Assembly (NCBI GenBank): GCA_963743885.1
Contig: CAVURJ010000002.1
Location: 305,706-369,705, forward strand
Reading direction: 5' to 3'
Origin: Candidatus Moraniibacteriota bacterium
GTDB taxonomy: Bacteria; Patescibacteriota; Minisyncoccia; Moranbacterales; UBA1568
DNA: 64,000 nucleotides
The position numbers were made by a program, and so were the translations under genes. Shown here one piece after another: positions 43,993 through 53,103 of this stretch; position 1 is the first letter of the stretch; each line of letters starts with the position of its first letter. The notes beneath the pieces were generated by a model. That model did not search any database. It had not been told where the DNA came from and was given only the letters and a program-made list of their open reading frames with translations.

Positions 43993-44355
43993 ATGAGAAA
44001 AAATATATTTTTATTAGTGATGTTTGTTTGTGGACTGATTGGTATGGGAATTGATTATTTTAATTTAATAAATTTCCATTTAGGAGATGTGCTGTCGAAT
44101 ATCTCATTTTCTTTGATCGTAACTTCCATCATCATTTTTATTGGAAATGATTTGATGTTCCATTTCTGGCTCAAGTTTTTCTGTTGGTGGTTTGTGATCT
44201 CTGTGGTTTTTATTTTCATTTCTCCTGCGGGTATAGGTGGATTTTTTCCATCCATGTTTACAAAAGAGCTTGTTTCTTTGTGGGTGGGTATAGTCCTCGT
44301 TCTGATGAGCCTTTTCATGATTATTCGAGAATCTTATAAGTCTCGTAAACAGTAG
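43993..44355 (+). CDS. small polytopic membrane protein (type B partner, 120 aa)
   Basis: 4 hydrophobic helices, C-terminal basic tail; 28 nt after P2. Confidence 0.5.
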   Translation: MRKNIFLLVMFVCGLIGMGIDYFNLINFHLGDVLSNISFSLIVTSIIIFIGNDLMFHFWLKFFCWWFVISVVFIFISPAGIGGFFPSMFTKELVSLWVGIVLVLMSLFMIIRESYKSRKQ

Positions 44356-44365
44356 GATGAAAAAC

Positions 44366-44396
44366 CAAAACAAGGGCTTAAGTCCTTGTTTTTTTA
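44366..44396 (+). terminator. cassette-boundary terminator aaacaagggc-ttaa-gtccttgtttttt
   Basis: stem + T-run; related to hairpins at 46112 and 46805. Confidence 0.55.
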
Positions 44397-45014
44397 TGTA
44401 CCGATAAAGCTGGCAACCAGGCCGTACCAGCGACTGTGTCGGGTATCAACATTGATAAAATCGCTCCAGAAGCCAAAATATCCTTCAATCCAACCACGCA
44501 GAAACTCGATATATCCGGCATGGATAATCTCTCGGATGTTTCCGTTGTTACTATCGACAAGCCCGAGATGAATTCTTCAAACAAGAAGGTGAAGAAAATC
44601 AAGGACTGGTTCTCCGTCTGGCATGGTAGGCACAAGAAGAACCTTCCAGATATGCTTGCTACCATCACAGACCAGGCTGGCCATACTACAGCACTTTCTT
44701 TTGAGAAGCGGGAGAACAAAGTCAGTATCTTTGTCCGCCTGCTTTCCTTGGAGTATGATGGAGGAGAGGAAAAGAGCCTGAAGGATGCTTCTCTCGGTTA
44801 TGCCTGGCATACGGATAAGAGAGGGCGCTACATTGATTTCTTCTCATCTCTCTCCGTAGAAGATTCCCGTCTCATATCCACGTATCTTCAGAGGCAGGAT
44901 AGGACAATCATTTTGGAGCAGGTGAGGCGTCATCTTCCGAAACTAATAAGCGAGGAGGGGATGATGGTGCCGTATATGGAGAGTAATGCAGGAGAGGCGG
45001 AGATAAAGTATTAA
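44397..45014 (+). pseudogene. orphan C-terminal cassette F1: last ~205 codons of the P1/P2 lipase genes, begins abruptly after a terminator in the CTDKAGNQA motif, no ATG start (track ORF uses GTG at 44436)
   Basis: ~93-95% nt identity to 43350-43965; upstream end more P1-like (tgtaccgacaaagctggcaaccaggcc). Confidence 0.6.
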
Positions 45015-45057
45015 ATAGAATAAAAAGTTTAAATCAAAAAGAGTATGACAAAAAAAT

Positions 45058-45456
45058 GTGTTTTTGTTGTCACTTGCTTATATTTTGTATGTTGTAGTGC
45101 TCATGGTTATAAGCGCGAATTGTACGGTATCTCATGGCTGGTGCAATATTCGTGAGGATGACCCATTTGGTATGATAATCTTTATTTTCATGCCGTTCCT
45201 TCCGATGTTTTTCCTTTCCCTCATCACTTACAAAATGAAAGAAGAGGCCTTCCAGGCTTGGTTTCGCTTCGCTCTCTGGTTCGTGCCGATTATTATGGTT
45301 ATGATGTATCTCCTGAATGGATCGGGACAAAGTGGAATGGGGATTAGTGGGGCGGTTTCTCGCTCATTCGATTTTCTTGTTATCAGTATCTTCTACGTTA
45401 TTTTTATTGTAGTCTCTCTAATCAGGGTCGCTCTTGCGTACAAGCGGGCAAGGTAG
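45058..45456 (+). CDS. small polytopic membrane protein (type A partner; SLITYKMKEEAFQAWFRF motif); start uncertain (GTG 45058 or ATG 45103)
   Basis: homologous to 14492 and 46429 proteins. Confidence 0.5.
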   Translation: MFLLSLAYILYVVVLMVISANCTVSHGWCNIREDDPFGMIIFIFMPFLPMFFLSLITYKMKEEAFQAWFRFALWFVPIIMVMMYLLNGSGQSGMGISGAVSRSFDFLVISIFYVIFIVVSLIRVALAYKRAR

Positions 45457-45464
45457 AATTAGGA

Positions 45465-45490
45465 AACCAGGGGATTTCCCCTGGTTTTTT
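45465..45490 (+). terminator. terminator aaaccagggg-attt-cccctggtttttt
   Basis: 9-bp perfect stem + T-run. Confidence 0.55.
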
Positions 45491-45499
45491 AATAGAGTC

Positions 45500-45685
45500 T
45501 ATCTTGATACAGAGCTCCGTCTCAAGGAAAAATCTAGATTGAAAGCGGAGTATCGGAAACAGAAGAATGAGACAAAGATAACGGAGAAGGATAAGGAAGA
45601 AAAGACAAAGACCGTAATAACAAGGTCGGGTTTGGTGTCTGTCAATGTAGAGACGAAGGCGGGGGATATAATTTGGGGATATTAA
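45500..45685 (+). pseudogene. possible degenerate tail cassette F2 (no ATG; ends ...VSVNVETKAGDIIWGY)
   Basis: position in array and weak tail resemblance (xESxxGxxxIxY); low confidence. Confidence 0.25.
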
Positions 45686-45705
45686 ATAATATTATTGAAA
45701 TTTTT

Positions 45706-46104
45706 ATGTTTAAAAAAATATTTGGAAGCGTAATTCTATCGTCTTGGGTGTATATTTTTTGGGCGCTTTCTTTGAGGAATGATTATCCATCGGCTTGCAT
45801 CCCAATCGGTATTCAGGAATTGACGAATATATGCGAGGCCACAGCACAGTATCTGCTTGTCTTTGTGCCGATGGGTGTATTTTTTGTGATATTAGCTATT
45901 TGGAATAATGAGATATATAAAAAATGGGAGAAGTTCACACTTATATTTTTAGGATTATATTTTATTATATTTTTTGTGCTTACCCCAACGGACGCTCCTG
46001 ATTTTGTTCCTTTTTATAAGGAAACAGTGGCTATTTGGGGAATGATACTGTATGCAGTAATATCTATGGTGCATATAGCGTACCTGAAATTAAAGAAGAT
46101 CTGA
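45706..46104 (+). CDS. small polytopic membrane protein (type C, 132 aa from first ATG; track ORF begins at TTG 45673)
   Basis: K-rich N-terminus then 4 TM helices. Confidence 0.45.
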   Translation: MFKKIFGSVILSSWVYIFWALSLRNDYPSACIPIGIQELTNICEATAQYLLVFVPMGVFFVILAIWNNEIYKKWEKFTLIFLGLYFIIFFVLTPTDAPDFVPFYKETVAIWGMILYAVISMVHIAYLKLKKI

Positions 46105-46111
46105 AATTTTA

Positions 46112-46140
46112 AAACAAGGGCACCGCGGCCCTTGTTTTGG
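46112..46140 (+). terminator. cassette-boundary hairpin aaacaagggc-accgcg-gcccttgttttgg
   Basis: same stem as 46805 hairpin. Confidence 0.5.
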
Positions 46141-46193
46141 TATATACTGAAAGTAAATCCCACTATATCCCAAGGAAAGATGAGACCTGGATC

Positions 46194-46376
46194 ATGGAGA
46201 AGTCCGAAACATTGAAGGATGACGACCAGGATGAAGAAAATAGGTGTGGCCATGACGAGAACGATAGATGCGGCGATGAGCATGAAGACAATGGTCGGCC
46301 AGTCAGAGTGAAACTTCCTGGTATGGTAATTCCGTATTTGGAGAGTGTTAAAGGGAGTGTGGGGATAAAATACTAA
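46194..46376 (+). pseudogene. orphan tail cassette F3: acidic 60-aa ORF ending PGMVIPYLESVKGSVGIKY (C-terminal 20 aa of P2)
   Basis: tail identity with P2 (GMVVPYMESQKGSIGIKH); upstream part unrelated and acidic. Confidence 0.4.
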
Positions 46377-46428
46377 ATAATAAAGCTAAATTTAATAATA
46401 TGTCGACAAAAAAAATATACTAGTATTT

Positions 46429-46797
46429 TTGGGAGTTTTGGTACTAGCTGCTCTTTTTTCTACAGAAGAGTTGCAGTTTTGTTGGTTTATCGGATTAAGG
46501 GAATGCCCTATTCACTTGGATGATTCTCAGGAGTCGCTATTTTTTCCATTTATTGTAATGTTTTTTCTTTCCCTCATCACCTACAAAATGAAAGATGAAG
46601 TCTTTCAAGCTTGGTTTCGTTTCGCTCTTTGGTTTGTGCCGATCATCATGTTTTTCCAGTTCGTCTTCATGAATTCTAGCGGCGGAGGAAGCATCGGAAA
46701 CAATGACTTCGCCATTTTCTTCACCTCGCTTTTCTATATCGCTTTCGTCCTCGTCTCTCTCATCAAGATCGTCCGGGCGTACAAGCGGACGAGATAG
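46429..46797 (+). CDS. small polytopic membrane protein (type A partner; SLITYKMKDEVFQAWFRF motif); TTG start in track, true start uncertain
   Basis: 76% identical segment to 45058 protein. Confidence 0.5.
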   Translation: MGVLVLAALFSTEELQFCWFIGLRECPIHLDDSQESLFFPFIVMFFLSLITYKMKDEVFQAWFRFALWFVPIIMFFQFVFMNSSGGGSIGNNDFAIFFTSLFYIAFVLVSLIKIVRAYKRTR

Positions 46798-46804
46798 AAT
46801 CAGA

Positions 46805-46834
46805 AAACAAGGGCTGTGGCCCTTGTTTTTTTGT
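46805..46834 (+). terminator. cassette-boundary terminator aaaacaagggc-tgtg-gcccttgttttttt
   Basis: stem + T-run. Confidence 0.55.
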
Positions 46835-46983
46835 TGGGGAGATAGGCAGGCCGGGCGCTTTTTGGATAGCGAGACCACCAGATGCGGGCTTGATGGATGC
46901 GGGGTTTTGTGATATAATATACGCAATGTTCTTTTTTGGCAGAAACGCTGTTTTTTCGGATTTTCCAGAAGGAGGGTAGGGAA

Positions 46984-47442
46984 ATGGAGGCAGAAATGGA
47001 GAAATGCCGCGTACTCGTGGTTCTGGGCAGCTATGGCGTCTTGCCGTTCAATCAGCTGACCGAAGAAGCGCTGCGTCGTCTCGAACGAGCACTTCAACTC
47101 TGGATGAGCGGGGAATATTCGTATTTGCTCCTCTCTGGTGGCATCGTCGCGGATTGGTCGGAACAGACCAAGTCGGAAGCGGAGCTCATGCAGGAGTGGC
47201 TCCAGAACCGGCTGGTAGCCGATGGCCGCATGATCATTGAGTCGTGCGGCACCAATGAGATCAAGAGCGTCATCCATGCGGTCAGGCTCCTCTGGAAGCG
47301 GGTCATCACTGATGCGGAGATCACGATCATCGGTGAGCTGCCGGGCGCCGTCATGTGCAAGGATACCTTCATTGCCAACGGGTTTGGTCCCGTGCGCTGT
47401 GAATTCGTCGCCGCTGACGAGGATATCGCCGCCTGCGCCTGA
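46984..47442 (+). CDS. DUF218 (YdcF/ElyC-like) domain protein
   Basis: VLVVLGSYG...LLSGGIVADWSEQTKSEAELMQEWL...ESCGTNE pattern; annotated from first ATG (track starts at TTG 46936). Confidence 0.55.
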   Translation: MEAEMEKCRVLVVLGSYGVLPFNQLTEEALRRLERALQLWMSGEYSYLLLSGGIVADWSEQTKSEAELMQEWLQNRLVADGRMIIESCGTNEIKSVIHAVRLLWKRVITDAEITIIGELPGAVMCKDTFIANGFGPVRCEFVAADEDIAACA

Positions 47443-47602
47443 TCGGAATCAGCGTCACACATCAAGCCCCGTCTTGCACAAGCATCACAGGGCTTTTTTC
47501 TTTGGGAAAATTCCCCGAGTACGAGCGCCTGTAGCACTATTTTTGTGCGGTCGTCATAAAATAGTGATATTGGGGGGGGTGATAGTATGGATTTTTGGGG
47601 AA

Positions 47603-47760
47603 AATAACGGGTATTCACCCCAGGGCAAGCCCTGGACCAAAAAACGAACTGATGTTCGTTTTGTTCTGCGGCAAGCCGCGGGGTATTTGACCCGATTTTA
47701 CCTGCACTCGCTCGAAAACGAAAGTGTACTTTCGTTTTACTCGCTTCGTTTGGTAATAAA
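47603..47760 (+). repeat. copy C of repeated structured element (with ~70-nt hairpin-rich insert)
   Basis: aataacgggtatt...gacccgattttacctgcactcgctcgaaaacgaaagtgtactttcgttttactcgcttcgtttggtaataaa. Confidence 0.55.
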
Positions 47761-48035
47761 ATCCCCGCCTAACGATGTTGAGTGTTACCTCTTGGCCGGG
47801 ATTTCGAATCAAGTATACGACGGTTTAGAACAAAGGGAAAGCCTATATGGTATATGAAAATGGCTGGAAATAGGGTGAATGTGGAGTTGCTCGGACTTTC
47901 TTAGTCTTGGTCACCCCGCCGAAGCGGGGATCAGTGGGTTTCCCCAAATGTACCTGTATTATAGCAGGAAATGCGGTTGTGTCAGTAGAGTAGAAAGCAG
48001 TTATTCAAAAATTTCGAATAACTGCTTCTGATGGG

Positions 48036-48077
48036 AAGTCGAAGTGAAACGTTCCACTTATTTCGTTTGGTAATAAA
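48036..48077 (+). repeat. copy D (degenerate 3' portion) of the repeated element
   Basis: tcgaagtgaaacgttccacttatttcgtttggtaataaag. Confidence 0.35.
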
Positions 48078-48079
48078 GA

Positions 48080-48127
48080 AACATGTACACTTTTCGCAAT
48101 TGCGAAAAGTGTACATGTTGTTTTTTT
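48080..48127 (+). terminator. very strong intrinsic terminator (20-bp perfect palindrome aacatgtacacttttcgcaa/ttgcgaaaagtgtacatgtt + tttttttt) with no protein gene within 600 nt upstream
   Basis: perfect stem and 8-T run. Confidence 0.6.
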
Positions 48128-48404
48128 GAATATTAGGCGTATATAAAAATATTTTTTCTTTGAAAGGCCTGTTTTTATTTATCTTTGTAACCTTTCCTAA
48201 TATGTGGCCGGGAGTGGTAGAATTTTCTTGCGGGGGTAGTCTGTGGAATTAAAAAAGCCTCTCGCTTTAACGAGACGCCACTTGGTATCCCAACGCGAGA
48301 GGTCTTACTTCTCGTTTCAGAGTACGCCAGAGTATGTTTATCGTCAATATTGCATGTGTATGACGCAGTGAGTACGTCTTGGTTCCTGTATTAAAAAAAA
48401 GCCT

Positions 48405-49166
48405 ATGTCAGAAGAAGAGAAAAAATTGACCCTAGAGGATTACAAGCAAATCTGGACGAAGTTCTGTTTTCTTGATGAATCAGGAAGTTTGAGCGCAAAG
48501 CAGCAGCCGATTTTTACGGTTGGAATCTTGAAGCTTACCCAGCCGTACTATCTGTATAATAAGATCCAGTATGAGCGCTCTGTGCGGCATTTTTATGATG
48601 AGATGAAGTTCAATCTACTTGGTAAGAAGAATATAGATTTTGCAAAATTTGTCATAGAATCGGTCTTGGAAACGAAGAGCTTGGCCTTTTATTCGTATTC
48701 TCTCGATAAGGATGGTGAATATTTTCATCGGACGTTCGGGACTGATCCGTGGCAGGCATATGAGGATATCTCGATTCGTCTGCTGGATTCGGCTCTTGCT
48801 CCGAATGAGATACTTATTCTTATCGCTGATCATGTCACGACGCCAAAAAACATCAGGTATGAAGTATCGGTGAAGAAGAGAGTGAATGATAAACATAGAA
48901 GGCTATCCCTGGCTGGCGTCTGCCGGTTTGATTCGCGAGGGAACGATCTTCTCCAGGTAACTGATTTGCTTATCGGTTTAGTCAACTATGATTTGAAAAT
49001 GGAATATGGACTTGTCGATACTCCATCGAAGTATAAAAAGGAACTCGTTGATTTTTTCAAGAAACAGCTTGGGGTGAGCAGTTTTTGTGACGGATTCCGT
49101 AACCGGACGTTCAATATCTTTGTCGATAAAGATAGCCGAAAAAGGCGGTGTCAATCTAGTAGCTAG
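48405..49166 (+). CDS. DUF3800-family protein, isolated in AT-rich segment
   Basis: N-terminal FCFLDESGS motif and C-terminal LQVTDLLIGLV motif characteristic of DUF3800. Confidence 0.55.
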   Translation: MSEEEKKLTLEDYKQIWTKFCFLDESGSLSAKQQPIFTVGILKLTQPYYLYNKIQYERSVRHFYDEMKFNLLGKKNIDFAKFVIESVLETKSLAFYSYSLDKDGEYFHRTFGTDPWQAYEDISIRLLDSALAPNEILILIADHVTTPKNIRYEVSVKKRVNDKHRRLSLAGVCRFDSRGNDLLQVTDLLIGLVNYDLKMEYGLVDTPSKYKKELVDFFKKQLGVSSFCDGFRNRTFNIFVDKDSRKRRCQSSS

Positions 49167-49352
49167 GCATAAAAAAAGAAAGAGGGCTATCGTCCAAACG
49201 GTCGACGCCCTCTTTCAAATACTGCAAGCGAATTATACACCCGAAGAATGAATGTGTCAATAGGTGTGAAAATGGCCGAAAATGCGGTAGAATAGAGGAA
49301 ATCGAAGAAAAGTGATAATCGGCTTTAGGGGAGGTTTTTGAAATATTCTGGC

Positions 49353-50015
49353 ATGCATACCCAGTTGCGGCGTTTCTACGTCACCAAGGTCAAAAAATAC
49401 GTCCCCAAGGGGCTGTTTTTGGCATACAACGCCCTGAAGGAGCGGCTGCATATCAAGTTTCCGGAAAGTGCCTTGGCGCATGAGTATCTGGATGGGCTCC
49501 AGGGCCTGGAAATAGGCGGATCGGCGCACAATCCTTTCGGTCTGGATACCCGGAATGTCGATTATACCGTCGAAGAGAACCAGTACAAGAAGCTTGAGAA
49601 AAAATTCATGGGTGAAGCGCTCAAAGTGGATATCGTGGCGCCGGGCGATGCTATCCCGCTTGCGGATGGGAGCCAGGACTTCGTCATCAGCGCACACGTC
49701 ATCGAACATTTTCCTGATCCGATCAAGGCGCTCAAGGAATGGTACCGTCTCATCCGTCCGGGTGGGTATATTTTCATGATCGTCCCGCACAAGGAACGCA
49801 CCTTCGACAAGGATGAGCCGAGGACGACGCTTCAGGAGCTCATCGATCGCCACGAGGGCAGGATCGTCCCGCAGCCGAACAAGAATGATCATCATTCCGT
49901 CTGGATCACTGAGGATATGGTCGAGCTCATGAAATATCTCGGCTGGGAAATCGTCAGAGTAGAAGAGAAGGACGACAAGGTCGGCAACGGTTTCACGGTC
50001 ATCATACGGAAGTAG
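49353..50015 (+). CDS. class I SAM-dependent methyltransferase
   Basis: LEIGGSAHNPFG (motif I-like), DFVISAHVIEHFPDPIKALKEWYRLIRPGGYIFMIVP. Confidence 0.75.
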   Translation: MHTQLRRFYVTKVKKYVPKGLFLAYNALKERLHIKFPESALAHEYLDGLQGLEIGGSAHNPFGLDTRNVDYTVEENQYKKLEKKFMGEALKVDIVAPGDAIPLADGSQDFVISAHVIEHFPDPIKALKEWYRLIRPGGYIFMIVPHKERTFDKDEPRTTLQELIDRHEGRIVPQPNKNDHHSVWITEDMVELMKYLGWEIVRVEEKDDKVGNGFTVIIRK

Positions 50016-50044
50016 GGCCGTTTTTGTGTGTAAATGAGTTCGTT

Positions 50045-51310
50045 ATGCGCCGAATCATCACGCTTTTTCAAGAAAACGCCTTCGTGCGCAATAGCTCTAT
50101 CCTTTTCATCGGCTCGATGCTGATGAATGTGATGAATTATTTCTTCCATCTCGTGCTGGGCCGGGTGATGGAACCGCAGGCATTCGGCGAAGTGGAGTCA
50201 CTCCTTTCGTTCCTCGCTATCATATCGGTCCCGGCGGCGACGCTCAGCCTCATCGCGACGAAATACAGCGCTGCCGCCAAGGCAGGAAACGACCAGGCGA
50301 CGGCGCGGTCGGTATTTTCCTATCTCAACAGGGTGGTGCTCCGATACGGGCTGTTTGTTTTTGTTATAGCGATTATCGCGACGCCGTTTATCCGAGACTT
50401 TTTCCAGTTGGAGAGTATCACTCCGATCATTTTCCTCTGGATGTTTGCCGCGTCGGCATTTTTTTCAGCTATTGCCGTTGGGATACTGAGCGGATGGCAG
50501 AAATTCCAGGAAGTGAATTACGCGAATCTTTCGGTAGCATCTTCAAAATTCGTCATTGCTATCGCTCTCGTGCTCATAGGTTTCGGGGTGAATGGGGCAC
50601 TCGGAGGTCTGGCGCTTGCCGGTCTTGTCGGATATACGGTGGCGTATTTCCTCATCCGCAGGCATTTCCGCGGCATAGAGGAAGTGAAAAAAGAGCAGAC
50701 TTTCGATTTTTCCGCGATGAAGCGGTATGCGCTCCCAGCTTTCTTTGGAACGCTTGCAATCACTGTCCTTGGCAATATCGACATGGTATTTGCCAAGCAT
50801 AGCCTTACCCCGGAACTCTCAGGAGAATATGGGGCGCTTTCGGTGGCGGCCAAGACAATCTTCTTTGCGACTGGCGTGATGGCGACGGTGCTCTTTGCTA
50901 TGGCAGCTGAGAAGAGCCACCGGCAGGAAAGCTCGGAAAAAGTGTTTCGGATTGCTGTCGGGCTAACGACGCTCGTGTCCTTGGGATCGGCGGCATTCTT
51001 CTTCCTTTTCCCAGAGTTCGTCCTCTCGCTCCTTTTTGGAGGGAAGTATGCCCAGGTCAGCGGGATGCTCGGATGGTTCGCTCTGGCAGCCGGGCTTTAT
51101 TCTATTGGCAACCTGCTCCTTCAGTACCTGCTTTCCATGCATGAGACAGCCATAGCCTATGTCTTCTTGGCTTTGATAAGCCTCGAGATAGTAGCGCTCT
51201 TTTTCTTTGGGACGGATTTGTATGCTATAATCATGATAAATGTCCTCGCGCAGGCAGCTGCTATCGGGGCGGGTTGGTTTTTCTTGGCGCAGAAAAAATA
51301 CCATGTCTAA
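50045..51310 (+). CDS. polysaccharide biosynthesis protein / Wzx-like flippase (MOP superfamily)
   Basis: ~12 TM helices, 421 aa, typical Wzx topology; within glycan cluster. Confidence 0.7.
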   Translation: MRRIITLFQENAFVRNSSILFIGSMLMNVMNYFFHLVLGRVMEPQAFGEVESLLSFLAIISVPAATLSLIATKYSAAAKAGNDQATARSVFSYLNRVVLRYGLFVFVIAIIATPFIRDFFQLESITPIIFLWMFAASAFFSAIAVGILSGWQKFQEVNYANLSVASSKFVIAIALVLIGFGVNGALGGLALAGLVGYTVAYFLIRRHFRGIEEVKKEQTFDFSAMKRYALPAFFGTLAITVLGNIDMVFAKHSLTPELSGEYGALSVAAKTIFFATGVMATVLFAMAAEKSHRQESSEKVFRIAVGLTTLVSLGSAAFFFLFPEFVLSLLFGGKYAQVSGMLGWFALAAGLYSIGNLLLQYLLSMHETAIAYVFLALISLEIVALFFFGTDLYAIIMINVLAQAAAIGAGWFFLAQKKYHV

Positions 51311-52241
51311 ACTCATCTCCATCGTCATACCGGTCTATAACGAGGAAAAGAACATTCCTGTCATCACCGACGAGATTGGGAAGGTGTTCACGTCGCTTCC
51401 GGAGTACGGATACGAGATCATCTTCGTCAACGATGGGAGCCGGGACAATAGTTTCCTCACTATCTACGACCTTTCGCAGAAGGATTCCCGCGTGAAGGGG
51501 ATCGATTTTTCGAGGAACTTTGGCAAGGAGTGTGCTACTTCAGCCGGCTGTCACTATGCGACTGGCGATGCCGTGATCACGATGGACGCCGACCTCCAGC
51601 ACCCGCCGGTGCTCATACCGGAGCTCTTGGCACATTGGGAAAAGAGCGCCGAAGTGGTCTATACTGTGCGCAAAGAGAATAAGGGTGCAGATCTGATCAA
51701 GAAGCTGACCTCGGTGCTCTATTATTGGCTTTTCAACAAGGTGTCGTCGATAACGACCGAGCCGCGATCGACTGATTTCCGATTGATCGACAAGAAAGTC
51801 GTTGATGTTTTCCGGAAGTTTCCGGAGCGTGAGCGCATGTTCCGCGGTATGATCGACTGGATGGGATTCAAGCGCGCGAAGGTGGAGTTCGTCGCTCCCG
51901 AGAGGCTACATGGTGAGGCTGGGTATTCATACATCAAGCTCTTTCAGCTGGCGATGAACAGCTTCACGTCGTTTTCGCTCCTGCCGCTCAAGATGGCTGG
52001 GTATTTCGGAGTCATCATCACGACGATTAGTGGACTCCTGCTCGCGACGATGCTCATCACTCGCTGGTTCTTCGATCCGGCTCTCTTCACGCCGATTGCT
52101 ATCCTTGGCGTGAGCAACATGTTCTTGATTGGCATCGTACTGATTTCTCTGGGCTTCATCGCCCTTTACATCGCCCGCATCCACAATGAAGTGATCAACC
52201 GCCCGCTCTATATCGTGCGGGAGAAGGCGAATATAATTTAA
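51303..52241 (+). CDS. GT2 polyprenyl-phosphate glycosyltransferase (DPM1/GtrB/ArnC-like) with two C-terminal TM helices
   Basis: ISIVIPVYNEEKNI, FVNDGSRDNS, DADLQHPP; C-terminal TM pair. Confidence 0.8.
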   Translation: MSKLISIVIPVYNEEKNIPVITDEIGKVFTSLPEYGYEIIFVNDGSRDNSFLTIYDLSQKDSRVKGIDFSRNFGKECATSAGCHYATGDAVITMDADLQHPPVLIPELLAHWEKSAEVVYTVRKENKGADLIKKLTSVLYYWLFNKVSSITTEPRSTDFRLIDKKVVDVFRKFPERERMFRGMIDWMGFKRAKVEFVAPERLHGEAGYSYIKLFQLAMNSFTSFSLLPLKMAGYFGVIITTISGLLLATMLITRWFFDPALFTPIAILGVSNMFLIGIVLISLGFIALYIARIHNEVINRPLYIVREKANII

Positions 52242-52264
52242 AAAAGAGTACTTGAAGTTGTTCT

Positions 52265-53092
52265 ATGGTTGAGAATTCTAGTCCAAAAATTTCCGTTTTG
52301 ATGACGGTTTATAATTCTGAGAAATTCCTTGAATCAGCTATTTCGAGTGTTTTGCAACAGACTTTTACTGATTTTGAACTCGTCATTCTTGATGATTGTT
52401 CAGCAGACTCAAGTTGGAGTATCGTAGAGCGTTTTGCAGCGCAAGATACAAGAATAGTAGCGATTAAAAATGAAAAAAACCTTGGTGGTTGTGAGAATTT
52501 GAATAAAGGACTCCGTTTGCTGAGAGGGAAATATATGGCTCGTCATGATAATGATGACGTGTCGCTCCCAGATCGCTTGCAGAAACAATTCGATTTTTTG
52601 GAAGCGCATCCTGAGGTGGGGATAGTGGGCGGTTCCATCGAAATAGTTGATGTCGATGGAAAAAAAATCGGCAAAAGGACTTATAATCTTTCCGATAGCG
52701 ATATTCGTAGAAAAATTTTTCGATATAGCCCTTTTGCTCATCCGTTGGTGATGATGAGAAAATCCATACTTGATCAAGTAGGGTGTTTTTATAATGCCTC
52801 TTTTGCTCCAGCTGATGATTATGAGCTCTGGTTCCGCATGGGTAAGATCACGAAATTTGCCAATCTCCCGGACGTTCTTTTGAAATATCGAGTAGTGCCC
52901 GGATCAATCACTCTCAGCTCTACAAAAAAGATGGAGCTGACGACTATTCGCGTTCGTGATAAATATCGTACCGATGATTTTTATCAGTTTACCTGGGTTG
53001 ATGCGGTTTATAATATGCTGCACAAGCTTTCGATATATATTTTTCCATCAAAATTGAAGATAGACCTCTATAATTATTTCCGCAACGAATAG
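52265..53092 (+). CDS. GT2 family glycosyltransferase
   Basis: ISVLMTVYNSEKFL, LDDCSAD, HDNDD. Confidence 0.8.
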   Translation: MVENSSPKISVLMTVYNSEKFLESAISSVLQQTFTDFELVILDDCSADSSWSIVERFAAQDTRIVAIKNEKNLGGCENLNKGLRLLRGKYMARHDNDDVSLPDRLQKQFDFLEAHPEVGIVGGSIEIVDVDGKKIGKRTYNLSDSDIRRKIFRYSPFAHPLVMMRKSILDQVGCFYNASFAPADDYELWFRMGKITKFANLPDVLLKYRVVPGSITLSSTKKMELTTIRVRDKYRTDDFYQFTWVDAVYNMLHKLSIYIFPSKLKIDLYNYFRNE

Positions 53093-53103
53093 CTATTGTG
53101 ATT

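Noticed and set aside
47780-47830. tRNA-like T-loop sequence gggatttcgaatc
   Set aside because: No complementary T-stem, acceptor stem or anticodon arm can be drawn. Not a tRNA.
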